Source of the DNA: Clytia hemisphaerica | Taxonomy: Eukaryota | Direction of reading: 5' to 3' | Length of the DNA stretch: 64,000 bases | Assembly: GCF_902728285.1 (NCBI RefSeq) | Contig: NW_027103826.1 | Span: forward strand, 116,759-180,758 | In this document: piece by piece, positions 46,690-58,200 of the stretch | Layout of the letters: each line of letters opens with the position of its first letter | How positions within the stretch are numbered: the first letter of the stretch is position 1 | Position numbers and translations under genes: made by a program | Notes under the pieces: model-generated | Told to the model about the DNA's origin: nothing | What the model saw: only the letters and a program-made list of their open reading frames with translations | The model's database searches: none

Positions 46690-47187
46690 GGAAAAAACTC
46701 TTGTCTATTGCTCGTTCCGACATTTTAAATTTTCCGGGGGTTTTGCTGTTTGGGATTGTTTAGGTCAGGGTTGCTAGTAACGGCTTGTCACTGTGCCGGG
46801 TGCATACTCGGCGCCTTGGGCCCCGCAGGGTTGCTAGTAACGGCTCGAATTTCAGTCAGGTTAAAAAAGGGGCAATTTTGCCCATATTATAATAACATTA
46901 CCCCCGTCTTTTTTGACATTCTATAAGTATTTCCAAATTTCGTGGTTTGCTGTGCGAGTGTGGCTCAACGGATAGCGCGCTGGGTTTCTGATCAGAAACT
47001 CTTTCATTTGGTGGGTTCGAATCCCGGTCGGGTCGATATTTCAAGGTCAGTTAAAACACTTCAAAATAGTCAGAAAACATAATAAATGAGTTAGAAAAGT
47101 CACCAGGGGGTCAGAAAAGAGCCTCAGAGAAGATAGGCTGAAATAAAAAGACGATGTCGGAACGAGCAATAGACAAGAGTTTTTTCC
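46690..47187. mobile_element. 498-bp MITE with 34-bp TIRs (GGAAAAAACTCTTGTCTATTGCTCGTTCCGACAT) and a 9-bp TSD, GGAATAGTA. It carries a tRNA-like module (46955..47035) and GGTTGCTAGTAACGGC repeats
   Basis: TIR 46690..46723 equals the reverse complement of 47154..47187. GGAATAGTA at 46681..46689 recurs at 47188..47196. The internal modules recur in inverted orientation at 10262..10540. Confidence 0.7.
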
Positions 47188-47775
47188 GGAATAGTATAAG
47201 ATTGAGTTTATTAATTAGATTACCTTAATCGGATTAAATTTCGCGAGGAAAAAAATCGCGAAATTTTCTTGATTTAATTTCGCGAAGATTTAATTTCGCG
47301 AATAAGCCTGAAAACGAGCCATTTTTTGCCACAACTAGAGACTTTGGACTGGTTTCTCCACCAAAAATGCAAATTTAAAAATTTTGTGGTGGATTTAATT
47401 TCGCGAGGCAGAAATCTCACCCGTTTTCGCGAGTTTTAATTTCGCGAAAATGGCAAAAATTAGAGAAATCGCGAAATTTAATCTTGCAAAAGTATCAATT
47501 TAATAAAAAAAACATCCTTTCCTTCAGTCCTTCAGACACCGACGAATCGAGTACATATAATTATCTTTTCTTTGAACTTCATAAATTCGATAAACCTCGC
47601 CTAGAAATTTTAGACCAAGCACCGGTAATGAAAGTTTTCTAAACTTTATTCTAAAAACTTTAATGAGCTTTTGCTGAATTTTGAGACACGAATACCTCTA
47701 GGATGGAAACATGTCTGAGAAGGGAAAAACTATTTGAACACTACATTACATTATCAATCAAAAATTGGATCTTAC

Positions 47776-47857
47776 ATTTTTGTCAGTTTCACCCCAGAAA
47801 TTTGAATATAACGTTTCTTTTGGATGAGTTGCTCTCAATAATGGTGCGATCACAGTC
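47776..47857 (-). CDS. COLGALT-like gene B exon 4
   Basis: Acceptor ttttctag, donor AAT|gtaaga. Encodes (R)TVIAPLLRATHPKETLYSNFWGETDKN. Confidence 0.55.
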
Positions 47858-47924
47858 CTAGAAAAAGAAAAGAAGATTTGATCAATATTTGAAACTTAAA
47901 ACCTCTAATGGACAAAAGAATAGT

Positions 47925-48180
47925 AGCAAAGAGCGACCGTAGTGCAGTGGTAGAGCACCCGGCTACGATTCGTAATGTTGTGGTTTCAACCCCCTGCCGG
48001 GTCATACCAAAGATTCTCAAAATGGTACTGGATGTCTCTCTGCTTGATGCAATTAAGAAAAGGATCAAGGGTAAGTTGACTAATCCATGGAGAAAGAGTG
48101 GCGCCCTCGCCTACCTTCGGGTGGATATCGAAAGAGGAGCCTTCGGGTCGCCTCCTTTTCAACGCAAAAATTAGTAAAGT
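47925..48180 (+). mobile_element. Second SINE-like family: a tRNA-like head (GACCGTAGTGCAGTGGTAGAGCAC ... GGTTTCAACCCC) plus a 3' region holding the conserved 29-mer ATCGAAAGAGGAGCCTTCGGGTCGCCTCC
   Basis: A-box and B-box-like motifs. The same 29-mer occurs at 3173..3201 in an otherwise unrelated context. Confidence 0.35.
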
Positions 48181-48202
48181 ATTCTCTCAAATGAAAAAGT
48201 AC

Positions 48203-48267
48203 CTTCGTTCTTTGATAAGATGCTGAAGTATCTCGGGATCAGTCAAAAAGTTGTCCGTGTCTATAAA
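48203..48267 (-). CDS. COLGALT-like gene B exon 3 (65 nt)
   Basis: Acceptor tctcag, donor ag|gtac. Encodes FIDTDNFLTDPEILQHLIKER. Confidence 0.55.
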
Positions 48268-48474
48268 CTGAGAAGTGAAATACTATGATGTAGTCATAAT
48301 TGATGATCTGGAAATTTAAAAAGTTTCAGAGCTACTTATTGACCTGCTTTTTACAAAATGCGTATTCTTTTCAGAGAAAAAAAACTGGTTTCTAACATAG
48401 CTGAAATATTGATAAAGGGATTTTCCTGAAGCCTCAAGAGAATATGGAGGAAAAACGATAAGATAAAAACATAC

Positions 48475-48703
48475 AAAAACGTAGTCAGCCCATTGACTTC
48501 GTGCTTCTTGTATAGCATTTTGACGTAACTGAAGTAGCATCAAGTATCTTTGCTCTGTGAAGTGATTCGAATTCTGAGCATCAGAATAAACGAGTGGTTC
48601 CGCCTTGTGACTGACTTGTATCTTGTGGTAGAGATGACGAACGTTGGTGGACCATGTCGAGAGCAGCTCGTATGTGTCATCTTCATTGTGGTCTGTTTGG
48701 ATC
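48475..48703 (-). CDS. COLGALT-like gene B exon 2
   Basis: Acceptor caacatag, donor TTT|gtatgt. Encodes (L)IQTDHNEDDTYELLSTW..HFTEQRYLMLLQLRQNAIQEARSQWADYVF. Confidence 0.65.
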
Positions 48704-49202
48704 CTATGTTGGAAAAGCATAGCTTAGCATAGGTTTATTTCACCCCCCCCCCCTTCAATGTTGAAATCTTATCCCCTTGTTTTACAGAAAATCTGTTTCA
48801 TTCGCTCTATGCGCTACATAAGTAATAAATGAGTACAAAATGTATACAATCACGAACTAACAATTTCACAATATAACAATATGACCAGCGTTTTTATTAA
48901 CGTTATACCCGTTTGGTGTTTTGATGCTACAGACTGTGACCACTTGAATATGATCAAGTTAACCAAGATTGCCGACCCTCTCCTTTCTTATTCGATCCCC
49001 CAATTAGATAGCCCCTCCAAAGGCCCCCAAAATATTTAGCATTCCCCCCCCTCCCCTATTAAACTATCAAACTCCGGGGGTTTGACTTATGGAGATTGGA
49101 CTGTATAATCTTTTCAAGTAATAGCTAACCTCCGAGCATATTCTGATACTCCAGGCATAAAAAGTACCAAAACATCAAACAAAGAAATAGTACAAAACTT
49201 AC

Positions 49203-49381
49203 AGAATTGATATTCTAGTTTTTGGATATTCCAATTTTTCAAGATACCCAAAGAACGTTGGTAACAAGTGTTCATCATTCCTTGAATTGATGGCAACCAA
49301 GACTGTTGGATCTTTGGTGATACAATGTACATTTGAAAAAAAATGAAAGTAGAATATCCCAAATATTGCTGGCCAAATCAT
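49203..49381 (-). CDS. COLGALT/GLT25D-like gene B exon 1 (ATG 49381; signal peptide)
   Basis: MIWPAIFGIFYFHFFSNVHCITKDPTVLVAINSRNDEHLLPTFFGYLEKLEYPKTRISI. Donor ct|gtaagt at the same intron position and phase as gene A. Confidence 0.65.
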
Positions 49382-49924
49382 CACAATGAAAACTGACCTT
49401 CCGTTTCTTGTTTTATTTATCTATGATGAAAATATCAAAAAATATTCACCGAGCCATCAAGTGTATTTCTGGATGTGCGTACTCTGTATTCGTGCTTTTG
49501 TCTCTGAATAAAAACGGAGAAAGTAAATATAATACCAATACATCATACCATTGCAAAATTGCATTTTTACTTTATGTGGCATACATCTACATATTACACT
49601 ACGTATCATTTTTGATTGCAACTCGTTTTACTACCTCATCTACTAAATGGAGGTAATTAAGATAGATAATTAAAGAAAGTCTATTATGCTATCAATGAAA
49701 TACGGAAATGAATCAATTAAAGTGAATATAAACAAGCAACATGCTGAATGGACCTACCTGATTAACATCAGATGAAAATAAGAAAAAAGTGACAATAATT
49801 GTACAAAAATTCAGAATGGAAAAATAAAGCTTGTGTGTTGAATAATGTAAAATGGTAAAAAGGAATTTCCCCAAATACGAAAATCACTTAAACCATTCAG
49901 GCTCAAAAAACCTTTTAAGCTGTT

Positions 49925-51020
49925 TTTGGCCCAAATTTGCCCAAAATAATTTTCCTTAAAAATCTGGCTCCGTCACATTTTGGGCATTGCCATTTTGCAT
50001 TATTGTGCAAAAAATCAGAAAGAAAATATGAGTCAACATTGAGAAAAGCTATATTTTCTTATTTGGTTAAAGGGAATTTCCCCAAAAATACGAAAATCCG
50101 TCTTTTAAGGCAAATAAGAATTTCCCGGGAAAAACCACTTCAGTCATTCTTTAGAGAATCTTGCACCCCATCTTTGTACAAAAAATCAGAAAAAAGTAAT
50201 AACAGGATTTTGCATAAAGTCCAAAAAACCCTATATTAGGCAGTTTTTGACCCAAATTTGCCCAAATATATTTTTTTTCGAAAATCTGGCTCCGTCACAT
50301 TTTAGGCATTGCCATTTTGCATCATTGTGCAAAAAATCAGAAAAAAATAATGAGTCAACATTGAGAAAAGCTATATTTTCTTATTTGGTTAAAGGGAATT
50401 TCCCCAAAAATACGAAAATCCGTCTTTTTAGGCAAATAAGAATTTCCCGGGAAAAACCACTTCAGTCATTCTTTAGAGAATCTTGCACCCCATCTTTGTA
50501 CAAAAAATCAGAAAAAAGTAATAACAGGATTTTGCATAAAGTCCAAAAAACCCTATATTAGGCAGTTTTTGGCCCAAATTTGCCCAAATATATTTTTTTT
50601 CGAAAATCTGGCTCCTTCACATTTTAGGCATTGCCATTTTGCATCATTGTGCAAAAAATCAGAAAAAAATAATGAGTCAACATTGTTAAAAGCTATATTT
50701 TCTTATTTGGTTAAAGGGAATTTCCCCCAAAATACGAAAATCCGTTTTTTAAGGCGAATAAGAATTTTCCGGGAAAAACCACTTCAGCCATTCTTTAGAG
50801 AATCTTGCCCTCCATCTTTGTACAAAAAATCAGAAAAAAGTAATGACAGGATTTTGCAAAAAGTCCAAAAAACCCTATTTTTAGGTAGTTTTTGGCCCAA
50901 ATTTGCCCAAATTAACTTTTTCTCAAAAATCGGGCTCCGTCACGTTCTGGGCATTGCCATTTTGCATCATTGTGCAAAAAATCAGAAAAAACTAATGAGC
51001 CAATCCTGAGAAAAGCTGGT
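49925..51020 (+). repeat. Satellite: ~322-bp unit x ~3.4 copies (it produces the near-identical ORFs 49937.., 50247.., 50569..), followed by a (GACGAACG)n microsatellite at 51025..51055
   Basis: Units start at ~49925, 50247, 50569 and 50890, with >95% identity. Confidence 0.8.
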
Positions 51021-51248
51021 AACAGACGGACGAACGAACGAACGGACGAACGGACATGGGTTAATTTATAGAACCTCCACCGGGGCACCCGGAGGTAGGT
51101 CCAAAAAGCATACCTCTAAGTAATGACAGTATCCAATGACCTGAACGTGAAAATAGCTAATTCAGCAATTTTTTGAAATCTAAGGCAGCTGGAAATCTGA
51201 AATCATGCATAGATATTCTGATAGTTTTTACTGAAATATTAGTTCAAA

Positions 51249-51543
51249 CCAGACTCTCCCACTCGATGACCAATTGATAACCGATCAATTGATTGGATAT
51301 CGATTAATTCAGATGATCAATAGGTAATCGAGCCTATTCTAAAATCTTGAGTATTGATTAATCATTTGTTGCTTTTTTTTCATCAATTGACAACGATCGT
51401 GATCAATCGATCATGATCATCTTAGACCCAATCAATGAATAATCGATCAATCGATAGGCAATCGAGCCTCCCTTGAAATCCTGATTATCGATTGGTCATC
51501 GATTGGAAAAGGTTATCGATTGTATCGAGTGGGCGAGTCTGGT
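51249..51543. mobile_element. ~295-bp MITE-like element with 19-bp TIRs CCAGACTCTCCCACTCGAT / ATCGAGTGGGCGAGTCTGG and an ATCGAT-rich interior
   Basis: The terminal inverted repeats have 1 mismatch. The TSD is not resolved. Confidence 0.45.
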
Positions 51544-52274
51544 ATAAAAAATATTAGACAAATTCAATTTCTTATACAGAATTTATTGTTCCATTTTATT
51601 ATTACATTGTTATATCATATTATCGATATCATATTTAGAAATGTCATTTCATTTTTAGTATTTTTTTAGAAAAAAGGTCTAGTGCAACTTTAATGTTTTA
51701 CGAGTCTAAGTTAAGTCTAAGTTAAGCATTCAATTTTTGAAAGATAAAAAAGCTCCAGGTATAAAAATAATTATAAATATGGTCAAAACTAGCAGATCTA
51801 CAACAGAAAGAACAACAAAAAGAACACGATAAATCTATGAAGGTCGTAAAAAAATTATAAATTTAAATGACAGTAAATTCTAATATTCTGATAAATTTCA
51901 ATTTTTATAAAGAACAGAAAAGAGGTTTCCCTCAAAGTAAACGTGGTAATAATGTACTTAAATTTTCATCCATTTAATAATTCCAAAAAAAAATTTCTTT
52001 TTAAAGCATCTGATAAAATTTTCACCCAATCGTACATTTTAAGCTTCACGTTCATAACTTCCAGGCTGTATCTTCCAAATAAAGTTTCTACTGGATAAGA
52101 AAGCAATAATTTGGATGCAAAAAACACCTGATATCCGACCACCACTCGTCCGCTCTTTGGAGTCACACTGCACGCGCACGCTTGCTCTCTCAACTTCCAA
52201 ATAATGTGCATCGAGCAGCGATGACTCTATACACACATTTTGGGAAAATATATTTTTGTATTGAGAGCACTTCA

Positions 52275-55200
52275 TCAAGCTGATGGCAATGAGCCTCCAA
52301 AGTTGAAGTTTTGTTCTGGTGCAGCACCCCCACCCCCGCCGTTTGCGACTTGGAATTGGAATCCTCCTTGTTCTTCAAGTTTCATCGACTCTGCAGAGAA
52401 AAATATAAAACACGTAAATTTTCTCATTCTGATGAAGTACTTTTTGATAGGTTTAAACATAAATGTTGTGTCCGCATAAGGGACAATAAGCTGCTATAAT
52501 AACCCTCTTTAACAATGGCGGAATTTACATTGAGATTTGTTTTAAAATACCTTATTACACGAAAATAAGTAAACATGTAATTAATTAACACGAGTATAAG
52601 AAATTTTGTGTTAATTAAAAGTAGTACACAAAGGCTTACACAATGTAAATTGAACTTACCGAGCTTATTTTGTTTGTTGATACCGGTATTGATGACAAAC
52701 TGTACATTATTCTTTTGTTCCTCGTTCAACGATTGCGTCATGACAGTGAACAGCTTACCGTCGCCTGCTTGGATGCCTAGAAAATAATAGAGGGTGCATA
52801 TCAATGAAATTGCATACTCTTAAAAATCTGGAAAATTTTCAAGCAAAAGAGCTTATGGTATTCTCCTTACAGAGGATTCCCGGTTCAGTATTGAGCGGTC
52901 TAGGAGTCGTCTCGTTAGAACCGTCTTACACTGTAGTTTATACTGCCTGCCAGCTTGCGAGACACTGACACACAGTTTTTTGGATCAAGTGCGTTAATAC
53001 AGCTTGAATCATCCATTATTATGGAATCGATACCCAGTACAGTCACTGACAGGCTTCCTGAGTTTCTGTCTTCCCAATTCCCCTCAAATGGCATGGGTCG
53101 GCCCGGGCGAAGGTACATTCACTTGTCAAGTGAATCACAGCAGCGAGTGGGAATCGAAACCCGACCTTCTGGATGGCAGTCAAAATTGATAACCACTACA
53201 CTACTGCGCCTGCTTAATACCATATTAGTTAGTGCCAAAGCAACGCTTTTCTTGTCATATTGACCTAAAAAATTCGCGAGATTTGTCAAATTTGCAGAAT
53301 TTTAAGAAAGCCCCTTTTTTTCTGTCCGAGGCGTAAGTTTACGTAAGCAGTGAAATAAAGGTTTGATTTCTTGCGTAGTGAACGATACCTTGAAAAGTGT
53401 TTTTGAAAGTAATGAATTCGTCAACATAAGGGTTATCGTCGAGTGGTGTCGTAAACATTTCAAGTTCGTTCGCAAATTCGTCATCGTCGAAAAAGTCGAA
53501 GCCTTTATCCTATAAAAAAACAAAAACGAATATTAAATGAATTTAAATCTTAATTCCGATAATGATTTAGCGGCTCTTTAACCTTTTTTTCCGCTATCGA
53601 GACAATGAAAACAAAGGTTCATAAAAGAAGGTTGCAAAAATTCAACCAAGGCGAATAACGTGAACGAATTTTACCGACGTATTCGAAATACAATATACAG
53701 AACAAAAAGCACAAATGATTACTGGCGGAAAGGTAGACTGTCGTAATGAGAAGTAGCAATGAGGAGTCGCAAACAAACTTAAAAACAGAAATTGGATTCA
53801 AGCCTTAAACTAAACTTAAAAGCACGCCTAAAGAGGGATAATCGTTCAATAACCTCTTTAAAAACAAAGATCTCACTCGTTTCTGGTTGAGCATTTCGAC
53901 GTATTGTGTTCCTTCTTCATCATATTCATCGTCCGAATCGTTCAATTCTAAAAATGAGAGAAATACAAGGTAATGATTTTGTGCTATTTTTGTTACATTT
54001 AATTATTATTATTATTAATTTATTTTCAGTTGGTACACAAAGTAAAGGACCTAACGTCCTAAATAGTTACAGCCTTAAACCGTTACTAGTAAAATCCAAC
54101 TTTTATAAAAATAGTCTTAAATATCTACCACAATTTACATATTGGGCAGGTGCAAAAATCGTTTGGCAACATTTTTAGTTTGCCCCTAAATGTATTAAAC
54201 GTTGCAGAGCTTTTCACATCCTTAGAGAGGCGATCCCAAATGAGGGAGCCAACAAAACTTAAAGATTGTAAGCCAAACTTAACTGTGTTAGCTGAAGGTA
54301 ACATAAGTTGGTCTCCTCGTCTAAGTTTATAGCCCGAGGTTTTCGTGACAAAGAGCTCAGCTAAGAAAGGCGGGTTTAGTTTTTTAAGAGTTAAATAAAT
54401 TTCCTCAAGAATGTTATGAACAAATTTGATGTGAAAAGAAGCAGTTCTAGTTAAAGTTAATAATTTATATAAATTAGAGCCATAGTTTTCATAAACTACG
54501 CTAAGAGCTCTTCGTTGAATTTTTCCAATTTGTTTGTTGTTGTGTTTTACAAAATTCATCCAAATTAATGGACAATAATTGAAATTAGAAAAAATATAGG
54601 CGTGACACAAGGCCTTCGCTGTTTTAAGAGAAATGAAGGGGCGGATGCGCCAAAGAGCGCTGATTTTATTTCCCGCCGACTGGCATTTTGATTCAACGTG
54701 AGAGTTAAAGCGTAGCTTATTATCAATATAGATACCTAAAAGTTTGACCTGATTTTTAACCTTAACTTTGATATTTCCTATATTAAAAGTAGATATAGGC
54801 TCAAAGCTACCAAGAAACATAACTTGGAACTTTCCTGGATTCGCAACAAGCCCATTGATTTTAAACCAGTACAAAATATCTTGAATTTCGATATTGAGTT
54901 TTGAAATAACTTCAGCAAGGGCTTTAGCGATTGCGAAAGAGTGTTGTCATCAGCAAAGTTACAGAGTTCTGCTTCACGGTCAGACAGGGGGGGTCTATGT
55001 ACAAAAAAGCGGCATGTCTCATGGGGTGGGTGGGTGTTTTCAAAAAAATTTAGCTGTTTAGTACTTGTGGGGGTGTCAGGGTCAAATTTCTAATTTGCTG
55101 TTTAGTGTACGTGTACTATACAAGGGGTGTCAGGGTCAAATTTCGGATTTTCTGCTTAGTATTTGTGTACTAAAAAGCCAAAATCAAATCAAATTGTGAT

Positions 55201-58200
55201 TTATTTTAGATTTTTGTCGAAAATTTTTTTAAATTCTCAATTGTTTTTGTCAATTTTCGAGAAAATTTTTTGAAATTTTTTTATGGGAAGAATAAAAAAC
55301 TTGCCCCAAAGTTTCAAGTTTTTTGGCTTAAAATTTTTATTTTATGAAGGGGTGTAGGGTATATTTGGTAGTTTTCTGGATAGTATATTGTACTATGTAA
55401 GGGGGGTGTTGGGGTATATTTGGCAGTTTGCTTGATAGTATATTGTATTATACAGGGGGTGTCAGGATGTATTTGGCAGTTTGCTGGATAGTACTGGATA
55501 GTATATTGTAAAATATAGGGGGTGTTGGGGTGTTTTTGGGAGTTTGCTGGATAGTATTTTGTACATTTTGTACTATAGGGGTGGGTGGGTGTTTAAAATC
55601 GAAATTTGCTACAAAGTACTGATACATGCCGCTGTTTTGTACATGGACCCCCCCCCCTGGGTCAGATAGTAAGAGATCATTCAAAAATATGTTAAAAAGA
55701 AATGGGCCTAAAATGGATCCCTGAGGAACGCCCATACTAATAGATAAAAAGCTACTCAAACTATTTCCAATTTTGACTCTATGGTAACGGTTTATCAAAT
55801 AATCATAAATAAACTGTAGACTATTTTGGTTAAGACTATTGTGGTTAACACCATATGCTGCTAATTTTGCAATCAGTAAATCAGGGGGTAAACAATCGTA
55901 AGCTTTCGATAAATCCATAAGTATTGTACCCACAATATTTGAATCATCAAGTGCCCTTTGCCTAGAACATGCTGCGTACTGTGTCCTTTTCGAAAGCCAC
56001 ACAGTAAATCTGAAAAGCAGTTTTCTAAAAAAGGATTTAATTATTGGGCAATGATTTATTCAAATACTTTGGATACTGTAGAAATATGCTAATAGGTCTG
56101 TAGTTTTTAACACTCGTCGGATCGCCTTCTTTAAGAACCGGGGTAATTGTAGCTCTTTTTAAGGATTCCGGGAAAATAGTCTTGTCGAGACAAGAGTTGA
56201 AGCAATCTTTGAGTGCAAAAGAACAGAGTTACCAGCAAAAATATTTTTGATTTTTATAATGCTAGCGGGATGATCTGAGTATTTTGCAATAGCATTGAGC
56301 ACCGGATCGTCGTTGCATATTGCGGCCACTTATATATGTCCAGTGTCTTAGTTATACCATTAAAACCGCTAATATATTTGGTTTACTCGCTTTTTTATAC
56401 GAGCCAGTAAATATTGGTTCAAGCTAGGTTGTTCTTAATTTTTTGATATGTTCAGGCTTAAATGTTCCTTATACGCTTAGTTTCTTCACTTAAAAACTTA
56501 AAAACTTAAATTCCTAAAATCTGATGCTAAATATTGCTCTTAGGTTTTGGCCAATTTTCAGTCTCGAGTTCTTATAAAATGAACAAATTATTCAATGTAA
56601 TTCTTTGGACGGCTAATATTTCCATTCAAGTTTCAAATTTGATATCCTATAGTCAGCGAAAATTATTATCTTTGAACCAAAGATCATCGAAGATTGCTGA
56701 TCAGTAAAAAAGGCGTACCTTCTTCTTCAGCTGGTTTTTCTTCCGTTTCTTCTTCGATATCTTTCTCGTATTCTGAAAAAAAATTATTGATTGTTACTTA
56801 GTTATTTGAGCAGATAGATTTTAAGATTGTAAGTAACTTGAAAAACCACATTAAATGTATGGGATACTTGGATAAGTTTTCAAGCTATTTGGAGTTTTAG
56901 AGTTTGCGTGAAACACTTGTTCCAAAGTCATAAAATTCCAATCGTCTCAATAATTCAATCGAAATCCGTTCTTGCTTTCGAAGTCTCGCAGCCTGACAGT
57001 TTGGTGCATAGAGGACAAATAGAAACATACTCTAATATTCTCGCTCTGCTTTTTTATTTGAAACAATCCAGGGAAGATACCAGGCGACTTGTACTTACTT
57101 TCATACATGGTGATGAGCCCCTTGAATACAACTAGAAGGGCGGGAACGAATTGAGGGGCGAATAATTCAACAGCTTGAGGGCGGTTTTCTGGTGGTAACG
57201 TTAACAGAGAACAGATACCGAAGACATAGACTTTGCGATCGTGCATTCTGAAAGATAACAATATTAAAAAAGTGAAATTAGGAAAAAATAGGATCAATAA
57301 AGTAGAGGAGATCAACAATTTGGTACTATAAGTAAGTAAACGCTTTATTAATTTATAAAATACGGAGTTCGGGTTTTTCAGGAAAAAAGTTGGCCCATGT
57401 ACTTGTGGACACAACATTTACTCCTACATATTGTAAATATTGTAAAATCTGCGATCCGATCCCATCTCGATAGTTGTTTCAATTGTGAACATCTATTTTC
57501 ATTTAACAATATGTTTATGAATGATGTTGTCCCTAGCGATTTCAGGTTGAATTTAGTTCGTGACAACTTAAAAGTGATCGGCACTGCGGATACTGTTACA
57601 CAATAGAATTTAAAGAAGCATATTTTAACAATGGAATCAAAAGCCTCCAAAGAGTTCCAATTATTTTGACTGTCAACGACGTGATTTTATTTCTTTTGTA
57701 TAATCTATTGTTTTTAATCGTTTTATAACAAGTTTTCATTCCCAAATGTATCTTATAGTTTTTTTAGCAATGTACCAAGTTTTCTACATAAGCTAGTTTG
57801 CAGAATTTCAAGACTTGATAATGATGTCGTAAAGGCTATCGAAACACCGACTTATTTTAAGATCATCGAATTTCTCGCTACCTCTTGGTACGGCTAAAGA
57901 AAATGTCCTCCACCCTCCCTGAACGGTTTTTACTCGAAAAAAAAACCCTGTATGGTTATCATACGTTTGAATCATAGATATCTTAAAATATTTGTCTTCA
58001 TACGATATCTGTGATTTGATTCCTGTCTGAAAAAGGACAGAATTGTTAGGAAGACAGATTATGCCAAAGCATACCCTAAGAAACAGTCAGTATCGTTGAG
58101 CCAGAGCTGAAGGAATTCGTTTGTGAAACCCATTGGATAACGTTCAGTAACACACTTCTCCAAGTGAGATAGCGTAAGGATGGGATTGCTGATCACGCAA

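Noticed and set aside
46955-47035. A tRNA gene (also at 10262..10340 on the minus strand)
   Set aside because: A- and B-box-like motifs are present, but the anticodon arm is non-canonical (6-nt loop or perfect palindrome) and there is no clean acceptor stem. It is embedded in TIR-bounded elements and is interpreted as a tRNA-derived module.
49937-51009. Three paralogous protein-coding ORFs (100 to 146 aa)
   Set aside because: They are translations of a 322-bp satellite repeat.
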